This document shows, one piece after another, positions 62,386 to 64,000 of a DNA stretch of 64,000 nt; the stretch's first letter is position 1, and every line of letters begins with the position of its first letter. This stretch comes from Salpingoeca rosetta (lineage: Eukaryota; Protista; Choanoflagellata). The notes below the pieces were generated by a model that saw only the letters and a program-made list of their open reading frames with translations, was not told the DNA's origin and ran no database searches. Both the position numbers and the translations under genes were made by a program. The stretch spans positions 938,410 through 1,002,409 of the forward strand of contig JAWQFM010000023.1 of the NCBI GenBank assembly GCA_033442325.1. The letters are read 5' to 3'.

Positions 62386-62974
62386 ACACACTTACTCGCA
62401 CTCGCACTCATCCACATACAACCTACTCACTCGCACTCGCACTCGCACACACGGTGCACGCGATGTCTGCAGTTGAGCGATGCGCTGCGCACGGAGCGGT
62501 ACCAGAACAAGCTCATCACCCAGCACATGCCACCGACGCAGTTTGTGCTGTTGACATCTGCGGGCACGTTTTACATTGAGGACCGTAGGCCCGTGGACAC
62601 GCTGGCGTATCACTTTGAGCACGGCCATGCCTCGGGCGCTGCACGCTTTTTCCAGCCGGCCTTCCCAGAGTCGGTGCTCCAGGGGCTGCCACCCTTCCAA
62701 GTCAGCATCAAGCAGCAGGCGTTTGTGCGCGAAGCGTCGGCTGCCGCGCTCGTGCTTGCATGCAACCCACCGCCAGGTCGTGTCAATGGCACGGAGGAGG
62801 AGTAGGAGGGAGGTACATGTGTGTGTGGGGGGGGTGCCTGTGTGGGTGTATACATGTGTGTGTGTGTATGCGTGTTTACAAGCTGATGTATTGTCGCGCG
62901 GTGCTTTGCTGTCCACTTCTCACGCAATGACACCCACCTAACACACGACGACTCACACGTTCTCCCTCAACTGC

Positions 62975-63010
<36 letters not shown>

Positions 63011-64000
63011 GTGCGTGCGTGCGTGTTTGTGCGTGTGTGTGCAGGTGTGTCCGCTGGGCAGGCTGTTGAGGCGCTGCGGCACCACGGAGGCGCTCCGTTC
63101 CACCTCAACAGGCCCGCCGTCTTCCAGCAGCACAGCTTCGTCGGCCAGCCAGAGCAGGAGCCCGATGTACGTAGCGTGTGTCTGTGCATGTGTGTCTGTG
63201 TCTGCGTCTGTGTCTGTGTCTGTGTCTGTGTGTGTGATCACTACCTAGCTTGCTCGCTTGCTCGCTTGCTCGCTTGCTCGCTTCCATACTTCCCACCCGC
63301 TCCTTACTCGTCTACTTCAACTCACTCGCCCCTTGTCCTCTCCCTCACCCACCGCAACGCCCTCCCTCCTCCTCCCGCCCCCTCTTCAGCTTGTGCTCTC
63401 TGGGCGGCACGATGCGGTGTTCCAGCTCATTGGCCGCGTTGCCCGCACGTTCCACTGGAAGCGCCCGCTGCTCGGTGCTGCCAGTGCCGCCGCCTCCATT
63501 GGCGACCCGGCCGTCCTCTCCTCCTCCCTCGCCCTCATGGATGGCCTCCAGCGCGTGCTTGTTGCCGTGTACGACAAGGTTGAGCCCATCGCCGCACCCA
63601 TTGGCGGCAAGCTCGCCCCGCGCGATGAGGAGCGTGCGTCCATCTACACCGCGAGCGTGCTCATCACGTACGTGCAGCAGGCGCTGCGGCTGTGGGCGAT
63701 TCTCACGCAGGAGCCGGACGTGTTCACCACGCTCGCAGGCGATCTCTCGTCGCAGGAGCGCGCCATGCTTGAGAGCATCTCCTTCTGGGACCTGGCCACC
63801 ACGCGCGAGGGCAACAGGCTGGCCCGCACGCTCATTGAGAAGATGCTCATGCGCCTGGTGCGCGCAAATGAGTCTGACACGTTTTCCCGCCGCACGAAGG
63901 AGCTGCATGACGCGTGCCCGCTCTTCCACTCGTCCCGCGCCATGCTCGAGTCAAAGGTGGGCGAGTGGTTGTGTGTGTCTGTGTGTCTGTGTGTCTGTGT
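59145..64000 (+). CDS. NUP155: Nuclear pore complex protein Nup155 (Nup157/170 family), 5' part; continues beyond the window
   Basis: MQGIFSDIQRAWMTVDSQLYMWHY, VIVGVGLVRPKPG, IEHLLVLATP, GRIFMGG...IYEIQY, GWLRRKCRKVNHT, QH..P.QFVLLTSAG...RPVDTL, SGRHDAVFQLIGR. Confidence 0.92.
62177..62247. repeat. Interstitial telomere-like (CCCTAA)n / (CCCCTAAA)n array within a Nup155 intron, abutting an N gap
   Basis: aacccctaacccctaaacccctaaacccctaaacccctaaccctaaccctaaccctaaccctaacctaacc. Confidence 0.85.

Overview
Intron-rich eukaryotic genomic DNA with dense (CA/GT)n, (GAT)n, (CAA)n and (AG)n microsatellites and six N gaps. Style and gene content suggest a choanoflagellate such as Salpingoeca rosetta (inference). 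Manual splicing yields 14 protein-coding genes, mostly in tight head-to-head pairs: NPL4(-)/gankyrin PSMD10(+); a Cys-rich type I membrane protein(-)/a secreted protein(+); a tyrosine pseudokinase(-)/DMXL-rabconnectin-3alpha(+); a C20orf85-like ciliary protein(-); a CCCH zinc-finger protein(-)/an SRF-like MADS-box factor(+); an EF-hand + histidine acid phosphatase + PH-split IP6K-type kinase fusion(-)/a single-domain twinfilin-like ADF-H protein(+); METTL23-like(+); an acid lipase(-)/Nup155(+, runs off the window). Two things stand out. (1) Two compositionally foreign, non-coding segments (~3450-3686 and 11408-11748) sit inside introns, bracketed by long imperfect direct repeats of the local host sequence: 43 bp with 2 mismatches for the second, and possibly ~26 bp within a CA tract for the first. 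(2) An apparently single gene joins an intact histidine phosphatase to an intact inositol polyphosphate kinase. All exon boundaries were inferred by eye and most ORFs in the supplied track are microsatellite artefacts.
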